A DNA stretch of 64,000 nt from assembly GCF_026571515.1 (NCBI RefSeq), contig NW_026866227.1, positions 1 to 64,000 of the forward strand, written 5' to 3'. Shown here one piece after another: positions 1 through 13,300 of the stretch. The stretch is from Ruditapes philippinarum (Eukaryota). Every line of letters begins with the position of its first letter. Positions within the stretch are counted from its first letter, which is position 1. The notes beneath the pieces were generated by a model, which was not told the origin of the DNA, ran no database searches, and saw only the letters and a list, made by a program, of their open reading frames with translations. The position numbers and the translations under genes are program-made.

Positions 1-487
1 GATAAAATATGTGTTTTTTGTTTGCAATTATGACATATAATCATAATATATCATATAAACTTCTCCAATAACTTGTTCTGAAAAAACTTATATCTTTTTT
101 CTTAAAATCCTGATAACAGTTCACCTAAACATATTAAGAAGAAAAAAAAAAATCAGACAAATATGACAAAGACATCTGCATAATTTATTAACACTTTTAG
201 TTTAAAAAAAAGTCATCTCCGAAACATTTTTGTCATTACCAATGCATAAAACCCTGTTTCGGTAAATGACTGTTGCGGTAATGACATTTTTAAATATTTT
301 TTCTCAATAAGCGTCTGAATGGCCCAGACTGTGTAATGTTTACCGTTATATTTTTCAAACGTACACATATTTTTTTATATACAAATAATAGAGCGATTGT
401 GAATTAATATTACAAATTTTAGTTGCTATGTAACATTCGGTAATGACTAGATATAAAAACATTTACGCATAAAAATCTGAAACTTAC

Positions 488-515
488 CTGGTAAATTTTT
501 CAAAGCGTCAGCCAT
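488..515 (-). CDS. Possible first coding exon of a minus-strand gene (MADALKNLP), divergent from XPC; could instead be transposon-internal
   Basis: On - strand caaATGGCT...CCAG|gtaagtt: good start context and consensus donor. TGACGTCA at 573-580 lies upstream. The region also has repeated cggtaatgac motifs typical of DNA transposons. Confidence 0.3.
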
Positions 516-1574
516 TTGCATGTGCCCACATGCGCCCAAAACAAATTTTCGCGCCGATTTCAAACTTTTCTATGACGTCACGAGTTATTGACGAATAATA
601 ATATCGCTGTCGACTAATTGAAGTTTATTTGTGACCGTTTTTGGTAATGACATGAATTCAAGTTACCAAATAAAAAATGAAGTAAATAAAATTGAAAATT
701 TTGATGTTAAATAAATATATTTCTGGCTCAAAAAATAGACCATCTTATATGTCTATTTAATTCCTTTGAATACAAAAAAGAATTGAACTCTTTTTAACTA
801 GACGCCCAGTAAGCGTATAAAGATGGATGTTAAAACAAGTGAACATTTGTTTAATTTTGGCCCCCCCTTGTGTGAACAAATCGGGCAATTTATTGGGGTC
901 TTTTTTGTGAGAAATGAGATAAAAATCAATCACTTTTCTACCTTAAATAATATTATGTTTAAATTTATATAAACAAATAATTTCGATTTCATTTTTATTT
1001 CATTTTCATTTAAATAAGAACTCAAGGTGGAGTGACAAACCGTTTCGGCAAAAAAAATTAAATCAATAACCACGGATCAATTTAAAGAAAATTTAACAAG
1101 TAATATTCTAATTTCTAGCATGGGCCGATCAAAGTTATAAATAAATGAACAAATGTCTTTTTCGTCCTTCATTCCCAAAAGTGATATACCAAAATTCTGG
1201 TAAAACCCAAATGAACCATTGAAAAGTTTTAAGAAATATCTTTTCAATCAATATATCTATCTGCACCTGGCTGTTTGGACCGCCCTTTGGATTGTCTTTG
1301 CATCAATGCTTTTACCCCTTGTAGTTTATATAAGAATGAATTCCTTTTTTAACAATTGTTTTGTTTTTTTTTTGAAATAACCAACCATATCTTTTATCAT
1401 CACCTATTAAACCATTTTTTTCATGAATTAAATAAAAAAAATGTATATTACAGAACTTTAATTGCTTTCCTACAAACAGAAAAAACATAACATCAATATA
1501 AAATAATCAATCCTGACATGGCTATTAAAAATGGAAATAAATTTGTTAACTTTCCAATAAAAATATCTAAAAAA

Positions 1575-1635
1575 ATGGGAGTGAAACGTCCATACAATTG
1601 ACAAATTGGGAGTGAAACGTCTAGGTGTGAACCGT
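1575..1635 (+). repeat. Short repeated GGGAGTGAAACGTC motif, probably subterminal repeats of a DNA transposon remnant
   Basis: 3-4 imperfect copies; a similar GGGCGAATC triplet occurs at 36832-36872. Confidence 0.4.
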
Positions 1636-2439
1636 TTTGGGAATGAAATGTCTCATTAATGAAATGGCTTGGGACATTCCACTCGGGATATCTTCTCCAT
1701 TATCGATAAGTGTGAAAGAGCCAAGAAGTTGCGAAAAGTAATTATGTAAACAGCTAATATTCCCGCAAAATAAAATTGTTACCACTGATTCGCTCTTTCA
1801 TAGCAATTCCGTAAAGTTTTCACAATTTGTTTCGTTCACAGGTTTGTCAATAAATTATGTTATTCAAATGAAATTGCCTGCCTACAGCTCACGGGTCTCA
1901 CAGAGAATCGAACGTTTCCGTCACTGGAATTTTCGACCCCATCATGGTGATCACACTGACAGATGATAATTTTGCCAAGTGTATCCATGTATCCATATAC
2001 ATAATGTTTTAGCTTTAGTTAATGACTGATGAAGTCCATCTGACGCTTTTTGCTAAAAGAAGTAGCTTTCCCTCTAGAATACAGGAACCGGTGATGTCAA
2101 AAGTCTAGTATCAATATTGCGACTGCAAGACCGACCGATTTTATAATCTGATTTTCCATAGATGTCTGTCTTACAGAAGGGCGACCATCATCTATGCAAT
2201 AAAAAAGCCTTAAAGCGCACAATTTGTTTGGCTAGTCATAAGTCATGCCCTTAAAGTATCTTGACACTCGCCTGAGGTACAAAGACCTCCATTATTTATA
2301 TATAACATTATTACAGTAATTTATTATTAAAAGTTTGTTAATTTTGTATATTAAACCTGTCTCTCATAAACTTTTCCTAGTATATAGCCTAATATGAAAT
2401 TAGGCAAAGCCTATGAACTGAGAAGTCGTTAAAAATTCC

Positions 2440-2760
2440 TTTCATTTTTCGTTCGGTATTTCATCCACTGCTTCCGTTTTTTTTCTTGGAACATTTCTAA
2501 AACGCTTAATTATTAATCAGAAAAAGTTGGAGATTTTTTCTGTTATTGGAATACCCCCGCTGATGGATGCCGCCTATTATCCTTGAGTTTTACATTGTAA
2601 ATTGGCGGCGCCTAAAACTAAGAACTGACACTGAAAATTAATTTGAATAGGTATAAGAATTTCTATATATTTTTTATTTCTTTTTTTTATTTGAATTTCT
2701 TTTAAATAAACACTTGTAGTCTATAGCTGGGCAAGCCAAAGCCCCGCCTGCCAAGTGGGC
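2440..2760 (+). promoter_or_regulatory. Putative XPC promoter and non-coding exon 1
   Basis: Locally CpG-richer; E2F-like TTGGCGGC near 2602, GC box near 2742, candidate donor AG|gtataag at 2650/2651; acceptor at 4384 sits 12 nt before the ATG. Confidence 0.4.
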
Positions 2761-4396
2761 CAGTTGTATAAATACATTATAGGTCATGTTTTGTGAAATT
2801 TTATAATATACCGACAAAAAATGAATTTTGATTTGATTTGAGCCTATAAATGTGATGTTACATGGTGTTATTTCGATCTATCATTCTGGAAATAAGTATC
2901 ACCTGGTCATTAATTTTTTGCAATATCAAATATTAAATTCCTCAGGGGCAAGTAATCTATATAGACTTCAGAAAATGTAATATGCTAGTTCTCTCCCCTG
3001 GCTGCAATCAATGATAAATGACTCTCTGAGTAATAATATATAATGATTATATCATTATAGTATATCAGTATGCCATTGTGCTGAAAAATATCATTAAAAT
3101 GTTGAATGCTGGTTCAGCATTATTGAAAAATAACTATTGTCTTTCAGGGTAATAGTGCATATCAGCTACCCATGACCTGAAATAACACGGTTACACCTGA
3201 GTTATTATGAACTATTACCGTGAGAGTTATTTTTATAATACATGTATGGACAGCTTGGTGCGAAAGGGTTGTAACTCTTTTATGTTATATGAGTTACAAC
3301 CCTTTCGCACCAAGCCCTCGGTATGTATCTAAAAAGTTGCCCTTCAATATAAGAACCCCAATAAATTCCCTGTGTCTGATTGGATTATTTTTATCTTTTT
3401 ATACAAACTTTAAATATTTCTTATTATTGATGAATTTTTGAAATTTATGCTTTCAAAAAACAAATCAAATTTTCTTTTTAAAAGAATTTATCAAAGAAAA
3501 TTTTTTAATCAATATAAAAAAATTTCCCTTTGATGGAAAATTTTTGTATTAAAAATATTTAAAAGTAAAAAAAATTTTAAAAAATATTTGTATAATAAAA
3601 CAATAATTAACAGATTTCCCTTTAAAGTACATGTTTTAATCAAATTAAAAAAAAGGGATGTACATTGGAATTTTTGGGAAAACTTTTTGGAAATTTTGTG
3701 GGACTAAAAAGGCATTTTGGGGGTCATTCCCAAAACAAATTTTAATTTATACTTACAAACACCGCAAACCAAAAGAAAAATGGGTTTTTTTTTGGGTTTG
3801 AAAAAATCTCACAGAACTCAGAATATTAAAAACCCCCGTGTTCAAAAAATAGGGAAGAAAAAGGGTTTTTCCATTTAGTTAAATAAGAGCTTTTTTTTAT
3901 AACCCAAAAAAATGAAAGAAAATTTTATTTTTAAAATTTTAAACAATAAATTTTGAATTTCTTTAAAATTGGGGATCAGTAAAATTATATTGGGTATTTT
4001 GAATATCATTGATAAAATTTTGGGAATCGCAAAAAATTCAATGACCCGCTTTTAATTTCATTAAACCCGTTTTAATTTTTATTTAAAAACAGAAATCAAT
4101 TTTGGGCTTTAAAGGGGACCCAAATTGACCCCATTCAAAATTTAGCCTGACTAAAAGCTCGGGAATTGGTTAGGCCCCGAAGGTGAAATAGGGGACCAAG
4201 GGGGAAATTTAAAACCCAAAAACATTTTTAAAATTAAAAAATTGAAATAGTGGTCTATAACATTGGGGTTTTTCACAATTTTTGTCTTTAACAATTTTTT
4301 AAGAAAAAAACAACAACATGAACTTTTGTGACAAACATACAATTGGTTTTTTAATTCTTCTCTTTTTCATTCACAAATTTCCAGAAACTAAAAATA

Positions 4397-7300
4397 ATGC
4401 CAAAAGGAAGAAAAAAGAAATCAAAAACCATGAAAAAATCAGCAAATGATACTGTAGCGGAATCAGAACAGAAAAAAGGAAATCAAGAGTGGCAAAGAGA
4501 AATGTCAAGAACACTGTTGATCCAGACAATACCAGTACATCATCTGATACATCTAAACCTGGTAGAGGAAAACCTGGGTCAAATATTAAGAGGAAAGATA
4601 GAAATGGTGGTAAAATTGTCAGTTCAGTTGAACAGAACAATAATTTGGAGGAAGGAGTGTCAGAATATTTTTCCTCTTCATCAAGATGTGACCCATCATT
4701 AAAAGATAAGAAAGTGAAACAAGAAGGAAGAAAGTCATCATATGCCCTCTAAAACCCAAAAAACCCCGAAAAACTGAGCATTATTTTGTCTGATGGGTTG
4801 GGGAGTGATTTACGAGTTTTTAAGCTTCAACAATAATATAAAAACTTCCCGGTAAAAAAGGAAAGCCATTCCTCAAAAAAAAATAAAAAAATTAAAACAA
4901 GGGGAAAAACCAAGAAAGCTTAAAAATGTAAAAGTTATAAAAGCAAAAATACCCGAAATTTAACCCCACCCGTATTAAATCAAGGGAATTTAAGACAAAA
5001 TAAAAAAGGCATAGGGGGAAATAAAGAAAACCCCTCCAAACAAAATAAATGAAAAAAGTAAACAAAAAGGGGAAAAATGAAAATCTGGGGAAAAAAAAAA
5101 TAAAAAAAGATACTAAAGAAAATGACCTTTAAAAAAATAAAGAAACCTTAAAGGGGGTTTAAAAAGGGTACTAAGCCCCAAAAAAATTGCATTAAAAGGG
5201 GGGAAAAAGGTGGGAAAACTGAAAAAAGAAGGGGGGAATAAAAAAAAAGACGCAAGAAAAGGGGAAAAAATTAAAAAAACCAAGAATTAAAAATACAGAT
5301 CGGAAAATTTGAAATTTAAAAGGGATGTTGAAGGGGCAACAACAAAAGAAAGAAGAAAATTTTTTTAGATACCGGCAAAGGGAAAAAAGTGAAAAGCAAA
5401 TGATGAAAGAAAATGAAAGGAGGTTTGAGGAAGGAAAGGGTAAAAATTTGATGGAATTTTTTGTCAAAAACCTTCCCCCAACCAAAAATCAGGGAGAAAC
5501 CCTTCTGATTTCCCTGGCAGTCCCCAATGCACATGGAAGGTCCAAAACAAAAACTTTCCTTGCTGAGAAAACCCTTTTTCCCCTAAAAAAAGTTTATGGG
5601 GTTTTTAAGGTGAACAAATTTTTGTCAGAGAGGAATTGCGAAGATGAAGTAGAATAAATCCTGCCTGGGAAGAATTGAGGATCCGTTGAAAGGTTTAATT
5701 TGCGAAAATTCCTGAGTTTTTTAATAGCAAATTAAGTTTCACCTGCCAATGACATGATAGCAGCTGTGTATGTCGTATAAATGTTAAAGTCGCACACCTC
5801 CAGATGAGCCAAAATATTTTTAGAAAATAAAACTTGAGAAAAATGTAATAAGAGTTTAAGACAATTAAATGATTTAAGATAAAAGTAATAATTTACATCT
5901 TTATAAGAAATAATGTGAGCAAGGAAAAGTTAACTCTAAAATTAATAGCATTTTTTATTCCGGTTATTGTATTGGGTAAACTCTGTATAAATGTAGGGCC
6001 CGTAGTTTTTGGCTTCAATCGGTTTTTCAAGTTAGTTAGACTTTTTTTCCAGTTGATTAATATTTTAGAGATGAAAATTTAATTGTATCGCCATACATGT
6101 CCTTTGCCCAAGTTTTTTTATATAGAAAAATTTTAGAGAGCATTAAGTTAAGTAGTATTCACTGTAATACATCCTTTAAAGGATAGATACATGTACTTTT
6201 ATAATCTCTTTATTTATCTGATGTATTGCTGTCGGTTCCCGGCAGAGTAAAAGTTAGTATTGCTTTTGTTTCAGATCATCATGGAAACAGTCCAAAAAAA
6301 TCTCAGTTACCAAGTGGACCAGTAGAAATAACCTTGGATGCCCCTGTTATCTACAGGAAAAAGTATTGTGATTTAATATACAGTTTTAAGTAAAAAAAAA
6401 GAAGTAAAATTAAAAAAATGTATATTTTGAATATTGAAATTTTAAGGTTAGCCATTTAGATAATATTGATAGCGGGGTAGCTGTATGCAATGAACAGAGA
6501 TGAGAGATTTTTGAAAAGACTGGTAGCAAAACAGTAATATAATTATACATCTATGTGCATGTCTGCAGGTAGAGATTAACTTAGTACTGTCATATAAAGT
6601 GGGCTTGAAATGGCGAGAAAATTATCACAGCACAAAACATACTGGTACAGTAAGGCTTGTAGACTGATAAAAAAATCCATTAAGAAGTCTGTTGTAATGT
6701 GCTGGGCTTAGTTTGCTATCAACCTCATAACAAAATCAGTTATTATGCAAAATTGATATTATCAATTATTTATTGTAGCAGCTGCATGATGAATTTTATT
6801 TAATAGAAATTAATTGTTTTTAAATTTTGTAATATACAATTTTCAAACTTTAATACTTTAAAAGTGAATTGTTCCATGATGGAAGGTCTTTAGTATAATT
6901 ATTATACAGTAGATAATTACATGTATGTTGAATCAAATATTTGAAAAGCACTAAAGGAACAGGATTTGTCAAGTCAGTGTTTTTACTTTCATTTGTCCAG
7001 TCACAGACAAAATAATCCTTGTTGTCAGTCATCAGTGTTGAGCTTTACCTGAATCTTGTCAATTTTTTTTTTTACTTTCTTCATATTTTAGAAAAAAGAA
7101 AGGGGAGTTTGACCTACAAGCTTACTTCAGGCGTCAGATAAATAAATTTAAACGAGAAGTTGCTATGGATATTCACAAGGTTTGTATGTTTATAATTATA
7201 GTTTTATTAATATAAAGTTTCAGGTCATTGACTTCAAACCACTTGCCCCTCACCGCTGGGTTCGAATCCTGACAGGGACTTTGGATTCTTTCATGTGAGG

Positions 7301-10300
7301 AAGCTATCCAGCTAGCTTACGGAACGTCCGTGGTTCTACTCAGGAACCCCCGTTCGTGCCTGAAATAATGCACGGAAGGGCACCTGAGGTCTTCCTCCAC
7401 CAGTAAAGCTGGAACGTTGCGATATGACCTATACTGTGTTGATGTGACGTAAAACCCAAAACAAACAAATATAAAGTTTTGATTGAGCTTTTGAGAGGAA
7501 CAACAAGAGGAACAACTTTAAATTTAACACAGCATTAAAGGCATAATTACATAGATTGTACTACAACAATCTCATTAAAATCAGATCATCATTTTCACTC
7601 TGTTACTTCACCTAGTGAAGCATTGTGGAGCGACAAGATATGGTTTTAATGAGATTTGTTCCATAAAAAACTAAATTTGAGTCACCAGTATACAATGTAA
7701 TAGGTTGGTCAAATTTTGAAGATAACAGTATGTCCTAACTCTGTACTTGTGGCTTATTCCTGCATTTAAAAATTAAGAGTGTTGAATATTTATTAATAAG
7801 TGTTGAAGCCATTTATTATCAAGAATTATTTTGAATATTATTTGTGATTTAGTAAGTGGACCATGAAGGGTTTGTCAAGGTCAACAACAGGCAATCTTGC
7901 ACACAATATTTAATTTTTTCTTGCCTCTGCGTAATACAAATTTGTAACAAATTTTCTATGATTGCATGAAATTGTTTTGGTTTTATCCTTCTTGGGAGAA
8001 GTACATGTACTAGAAGGTTTTATTTTCTTCAAGGTGCATTTATTATTTTTATTGGCAAGGTGCCAATATTTGAACAATCTGTGCATGGAGGAGACTGTAC
8101 AAGCACAAGTGTTTTCTATCACCTTGGTAACAAAAGAATTGAAATTACCCCCCACAAAGTCATGTACAGAGAGTCATGTTACACGGGTATTATCCTGGAT
8201 CCAAGAAAAGCAGCATTATTTGGTAAGTTTATAGTATTTTATATCAAAATTTAATTTAAATAAGCAAGTTGTGGAGTCATTACAAAACATCAGTGGTACT
8301 GCTCGAGTGTCCATTTGTGCCTGAAATGATACACAGAGGTTCACCTGAGGTCTCCCTCAACCAGTAAAGCTGGAAAGTCACTTTATGACCTACTGTGTTG
8401 GTGCAATGTAAAAGCCAATAATTGCATAACCCCAATTGAATTAACTAAAAGTCGGGGGGTTTCAATGTGCCAAGGATATCTCTCTAACCAGTATTATGAC
8501 ATTACATTATTAAAATGATAAAAAAAAGGAATTGTTAAGCTAAGTTGTGACATTTTTTGTCACACACTTGACATGTCTTGCACTTACTTTTTGTTGTGTT
8601 GCCTTGAAAAGGCGACATATTGGGGTTACTTTTGTCGGCGGCGTCATTGTCGGTGTCTGCGTCGTTGTCGGCGTCCCCTAAAGCTTGTCCGGAGCATAAC
8701 TCAGTCACTATAAATCTGATTGACTTCAAACTTGGTATGCATGCTTCTTTCAATAACCCGTAGTGCATTGCACAAGAACTGGTACTCTGCACTTCCTAAT
8801 TTTTCAGTTATTGCCCTTTGTTAATTTTCATACTTTATTTTTGTCCAGGCCATTTCTCCTAATGTATAAAAACCATGGACTTGAAACTTCATAGGATGAT
8901 AGATCTCATTAAGAAGAAGTGCATTGCACAAGAACCGGTACTCTGCATTTTCTTATTTTTTGAGTTATTGCCCTTTGTTAATTTTCATACTTTATTTTTG
9001 TCAAGGCCATTTCTCATAAATGATAAAAGCTAGCAATGGACTTGAAACTTCATAGGATGATATACCTTATTGATAAGAAGTGCAGTGCAAAGAAACTGCT
9101 GCTCTGCACTTCTTATTTTTTTAGTTTTTGCCCTTTGTTAATTTTCTTGTCCTGGCCATTTCTCCTAAACTATATTGTTCACAAGGCGACACATCCGACT
9201 CGCGGAGTTCTAGTTGAATAAATTTATTAGGATTTTCTCATATACCGTACAATTAGTGACTTTAAATGCACGATAGTAAATAATTGTAGATCTAGTACAT
9301 GTAATTTAATGATCCCCAGTGCATGGGTTTATACTCGGTCAGGGGCCAATCATTATTTCCTTGAGCATGAAACTACACTCATTGCACAGTACTTGTTGGT
9401 TCCACGAATGGATTCGAGAGTGTTTCATTAAGCTTATAGCTTTCAGCACAATTCAATGAACTGAAATTAATTCTGTATAAAACAACGGTTGTAGATAAAG
9501 ACCACATATATTCATATTGTACACTCATTAAACATGAGAATGACTGATGACAAGAATATGTATACAAAACTTATTAGTTTAGTTATGTTTTTATTCTCTT
9601 TCAGAGTGATATAATGGCAGAAAGTTTTAGTAAAGTTTCTACACAGTTGAAGATTACGCTGGTAACAATTTGATTATAATCAAAGACACGTTGTTATATG
9701 TACTTAGAGTAGAAATGCTGTAAAGAAGGAGTAGATTTACCTAAATAGGTCCTTCTAAATAAAAAATATAAATATATCAAAATTTTTAGATAAAAAAAAT
9801 CTGGGCTTGTTATAACTTATTTATAAATTTTAGCTTTATGTATGTAATAATTAAAGTTTTGTAAGTACAAGAAAATAGCATTGCTTAAATTGCTAACACA
9901 TAGATGAAGATATCTTTACACGTGTAATATTGTAAAAGATTTAGATTGGCTGTTAAGTTTCACTATCTTAATTATAGAGATAGAGCTTCCTAAGAGATAA
10001 ATCTTGTCTTCTTTTTCTATATTATGAATATGTTAGATTTGTGTGGCTTTACTGCGTCAAGTTGGTTTTCTGACAAGATTTGTGACATCACTTCAGCCTG
10101 TACCGTTTAAAGAATCAGGAAGTAAGGTAATTATATGTTTCATTAGTTAATATTACCATAAATAACTAGTTAGTATTAGTTGTATATACATGTTGTTTCT
10201 AGCTGTCAAAATTGATTGATGTGTTGTAAACACTAAAAAAAGTTGTTATAATAAAGATCTATAAAATTAAAACAGTCATTGTGGCATCTGCCATAATAAA

Positions 10301-13300
10301 TAGAGATATTTGCTGCGTAAACTTGTGTATTTACTTTATTTTTTGCATTGAATTAGTATTATATAGAGGATATTTGTTTGTTTTGCATGTAAGATTGAAA
10401 TATAATTTCACTGAGTGAACACCAGATGCAATATTTTCACGAGTGGCGTAGCCACGAGTGAAAATATAATAGCTGGTGTTCACGAATGAAATATATTTCA
10501 ATCTTATATGTAAAACAAATAAATTTTCTTTTTATTTCATGCTTTTTAAGTGATTATAAGTATTTTTCACTAATTTTGCCGCGTAATGTCGCGCATTCTC
10601 CTTTGTGACGTCATCACATCATGACGTCACATCATCAATTTTGAAATATAGTTCTGTTAAATTTCTCTAATTATGATACATTTTTAACATGATGTATGGT
10701 AACATCGACTTTCTTTCCCTAAAGAATCACAATTTACGTATGACGGCATTTATTTTTGCCTGTTATTCCATTTAGTTTTGATTGTCTTTTCATCCGCATT
10801 CGGATATAGTCCGGCTACAGTGAAAATTATATTTTATAAATTTCACTAGTGGTTTATCAGAATATAATCATCTGATATATTACAATAAAACACTGGTAAG
10901 CATGAAATAAAATATTCATACAGTGATATTAAATTATTTTCTTACAAAGAAATTATTGTTCTATTACACTTTAATTCAAAAATTGCCAAAAACATACAGA
11001 TCGTTACTACATGCCAGAGCTGTTTACAGAAAGTACTGGAAAACGATGTTTAGCTAGGTTTTTGAATTTTGAATTATAATATAAGAACATATAGGCTGGC
11101 CTTCCTCTTCTCTTATGCTATTTATATGTTCTTGCTATGATAGCCTAGTTTATATTATTCAATGGAAATAAATTACTTGTTAGTAAACTGTATTGGTTTA
11201 AAGTTGCTTAATTTCTGTAAAAAAAACAACATAGCACATGGATGAGAAACATTGTTGTTTCAAAAAGCCAATTTATGCAATGAAACAAAACTATGAGAAT
11301 TTTGTATTATTTCTGAAATTTTAGTCAAGTTCTTCAAAGAAAGGAAAATCGCCAAAATCTTCGAAAGGGAAGGAAAAAGGTACAACTGAAAGTAAAAGAT
11401 CTACCTCAAAATCTGTGAACAGTAAATCAGGGAAGAAAAACATCTCAATTAAATCTGAACAATCTGTCAAAACTGAACAAATCAAAACAGAGAAAATGGA
11501 AATAGATGAAGATGTAAGTAATAATAGAAAAGGACCTAAAGGAGGAAAACTAGTAAAAAGGAGAAGTTCTGACAGAAAATGTTCCAAGGTCTCAAAAAAT
11601 GCTTATAAAGAAGATGCCAGCTGTGATGATGAAAAGTTAAGTGATGATAATGATGATGATTATGTTCCAAATGATGTCAACACTGATGATGATCAGGAAA
11701 TGAAGCATAAAAGAAAAAGAAGTAAAATTAAGAAAGAAACAAAAATATCTTCAGATGAGAATGATTCAGTAAAAGAGGAAAACTTGTAAGATTTTTCTAC
11801 TTTATACAAATAACAACCTTTAATCTTTACACGCATCTGGTTGTTAACTTTTGTTATTGATTCATATTGAATCTTTTTACAAGATGTATAAAGTAACTTA
11901 ATGGTTAAAGAAATATTGTTCAACATAGTTTTATTCAGACACCAATTTGTTGTAAATGATGCACTCATAAATTACTTAGAGCAGGGTCTTTCAAATCTTA
12001 TAATTTGATTTTTGAATGATGATGTACTATGACAGAACATGTGACTCAGCCGAGATATCTTTTTTCGTACAATTGGTCCAACTCCAGATCATTCTATTTG
12101 AAAGACCCTACTTAGAGCCATTGATTCTATAATCCAGTAAGATTTATCTTTAATTTTGTTTATTAACAGTAGTTGGTAGAGAGAATCCGACACTAGTGAA
12201 CTATTCCTCAAATACAGTCAAACTTGCATTCAGCGACCAAGCTAGGGAAACACCAAAAAAAAATTCGCTTAATACAACAGTCTCAGGGGACAAAGCATGA
12301 GAAAAAGTCAAAAAAAATTATTTTTGATATCTTCCCATTGCGATTTGGGAGTTATTCAACTTCATTTATATACATGTTTAATAGTTACAAGTCTCTTATA
12401 ATCTAAATAGATGATAAATGAAAAAATACTTGCTGGTATTTACTTAATCCGTATGTACATGTTTGAAAAAATTCCAGAATTTATAAGATCCTTCAAATCT
12501 TTTCATGTCCCAGACAATAGACATTTTATAAGTGCTGAATTGATGCTTTCTGTTGTGCATTTTTCATCTGAAATAAACAACCTACGTCTTATTACAACAA
12601 GTAATTCAATAAACTGTGGATAACATTCACCGTCAATTGAATAGTTTAAATATGAATAGAGTAGGGTATACACCATCACAGTAGGGACAGAGCGTTGCTT
12701 TGTTTTATCAATTTTATTGGATAATACACACCACACATACACATCTACTTAACTTGGGAATTTAAGTGGAAATTTAAGCTTTTCAAAATTGCATTGGGTT
12801 TTGATTTTTGACGCTTGTGATGGCATGTGGCGGTGTTCTATAAAAACACAAAAATTTGACATGTAGAAGTGGTTGCTCCATGAAAAGATATATCACAATA
12901 AACTGGCTAATTAGGGGTCACTAGTTGTGTTTGCAAAAGTTGCTTAATACGTTAAAGATATAAAGAGAAAATAATCAGGGGGATGTAAAGTCAATACAGG
13001 CATAAGTTGCTTAATTAATGCATGCGGTGGCATGGGAAAGTTAGACTGTACATTGACATCTTCCTGTTAGTAACTAAATGGTTTTTTTTAAATATTTAAA
13101 TTCATAATGCATATTTTAGGTCAGATGATGATTTTGAAGAGGACAGTATTTTGATTAGAACCCAGCAGTTGAAGAAAGAGACATCAAAATCCAAAAATAG
13201 GAAGGCATTATCTAGTGATTCGGACCCAGACAACATTGGTAAGTCATTTTAAACTTAAGAAAAAGTTTTGATTATGAAACAATATGTAAGTAAATACAAT

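Noticed and set aside
1944-1980. MVITLTDDNFAK, resembling a thioredoxin/PDI N-terminal strand
   Set aside because: Short, no CxxC follows and the frame closes soon after.
4397-5700. XPC as a pseudogene
   Set aside because: Damage is confined to a homopolymer-rich tract, while all later exons keep frame and splice sites.
7258-7269. tRNA gene (also GGGTTCGAATCCC near 53423)
   Set aside because: B box belongs to a SINE head; no cloverleaf.
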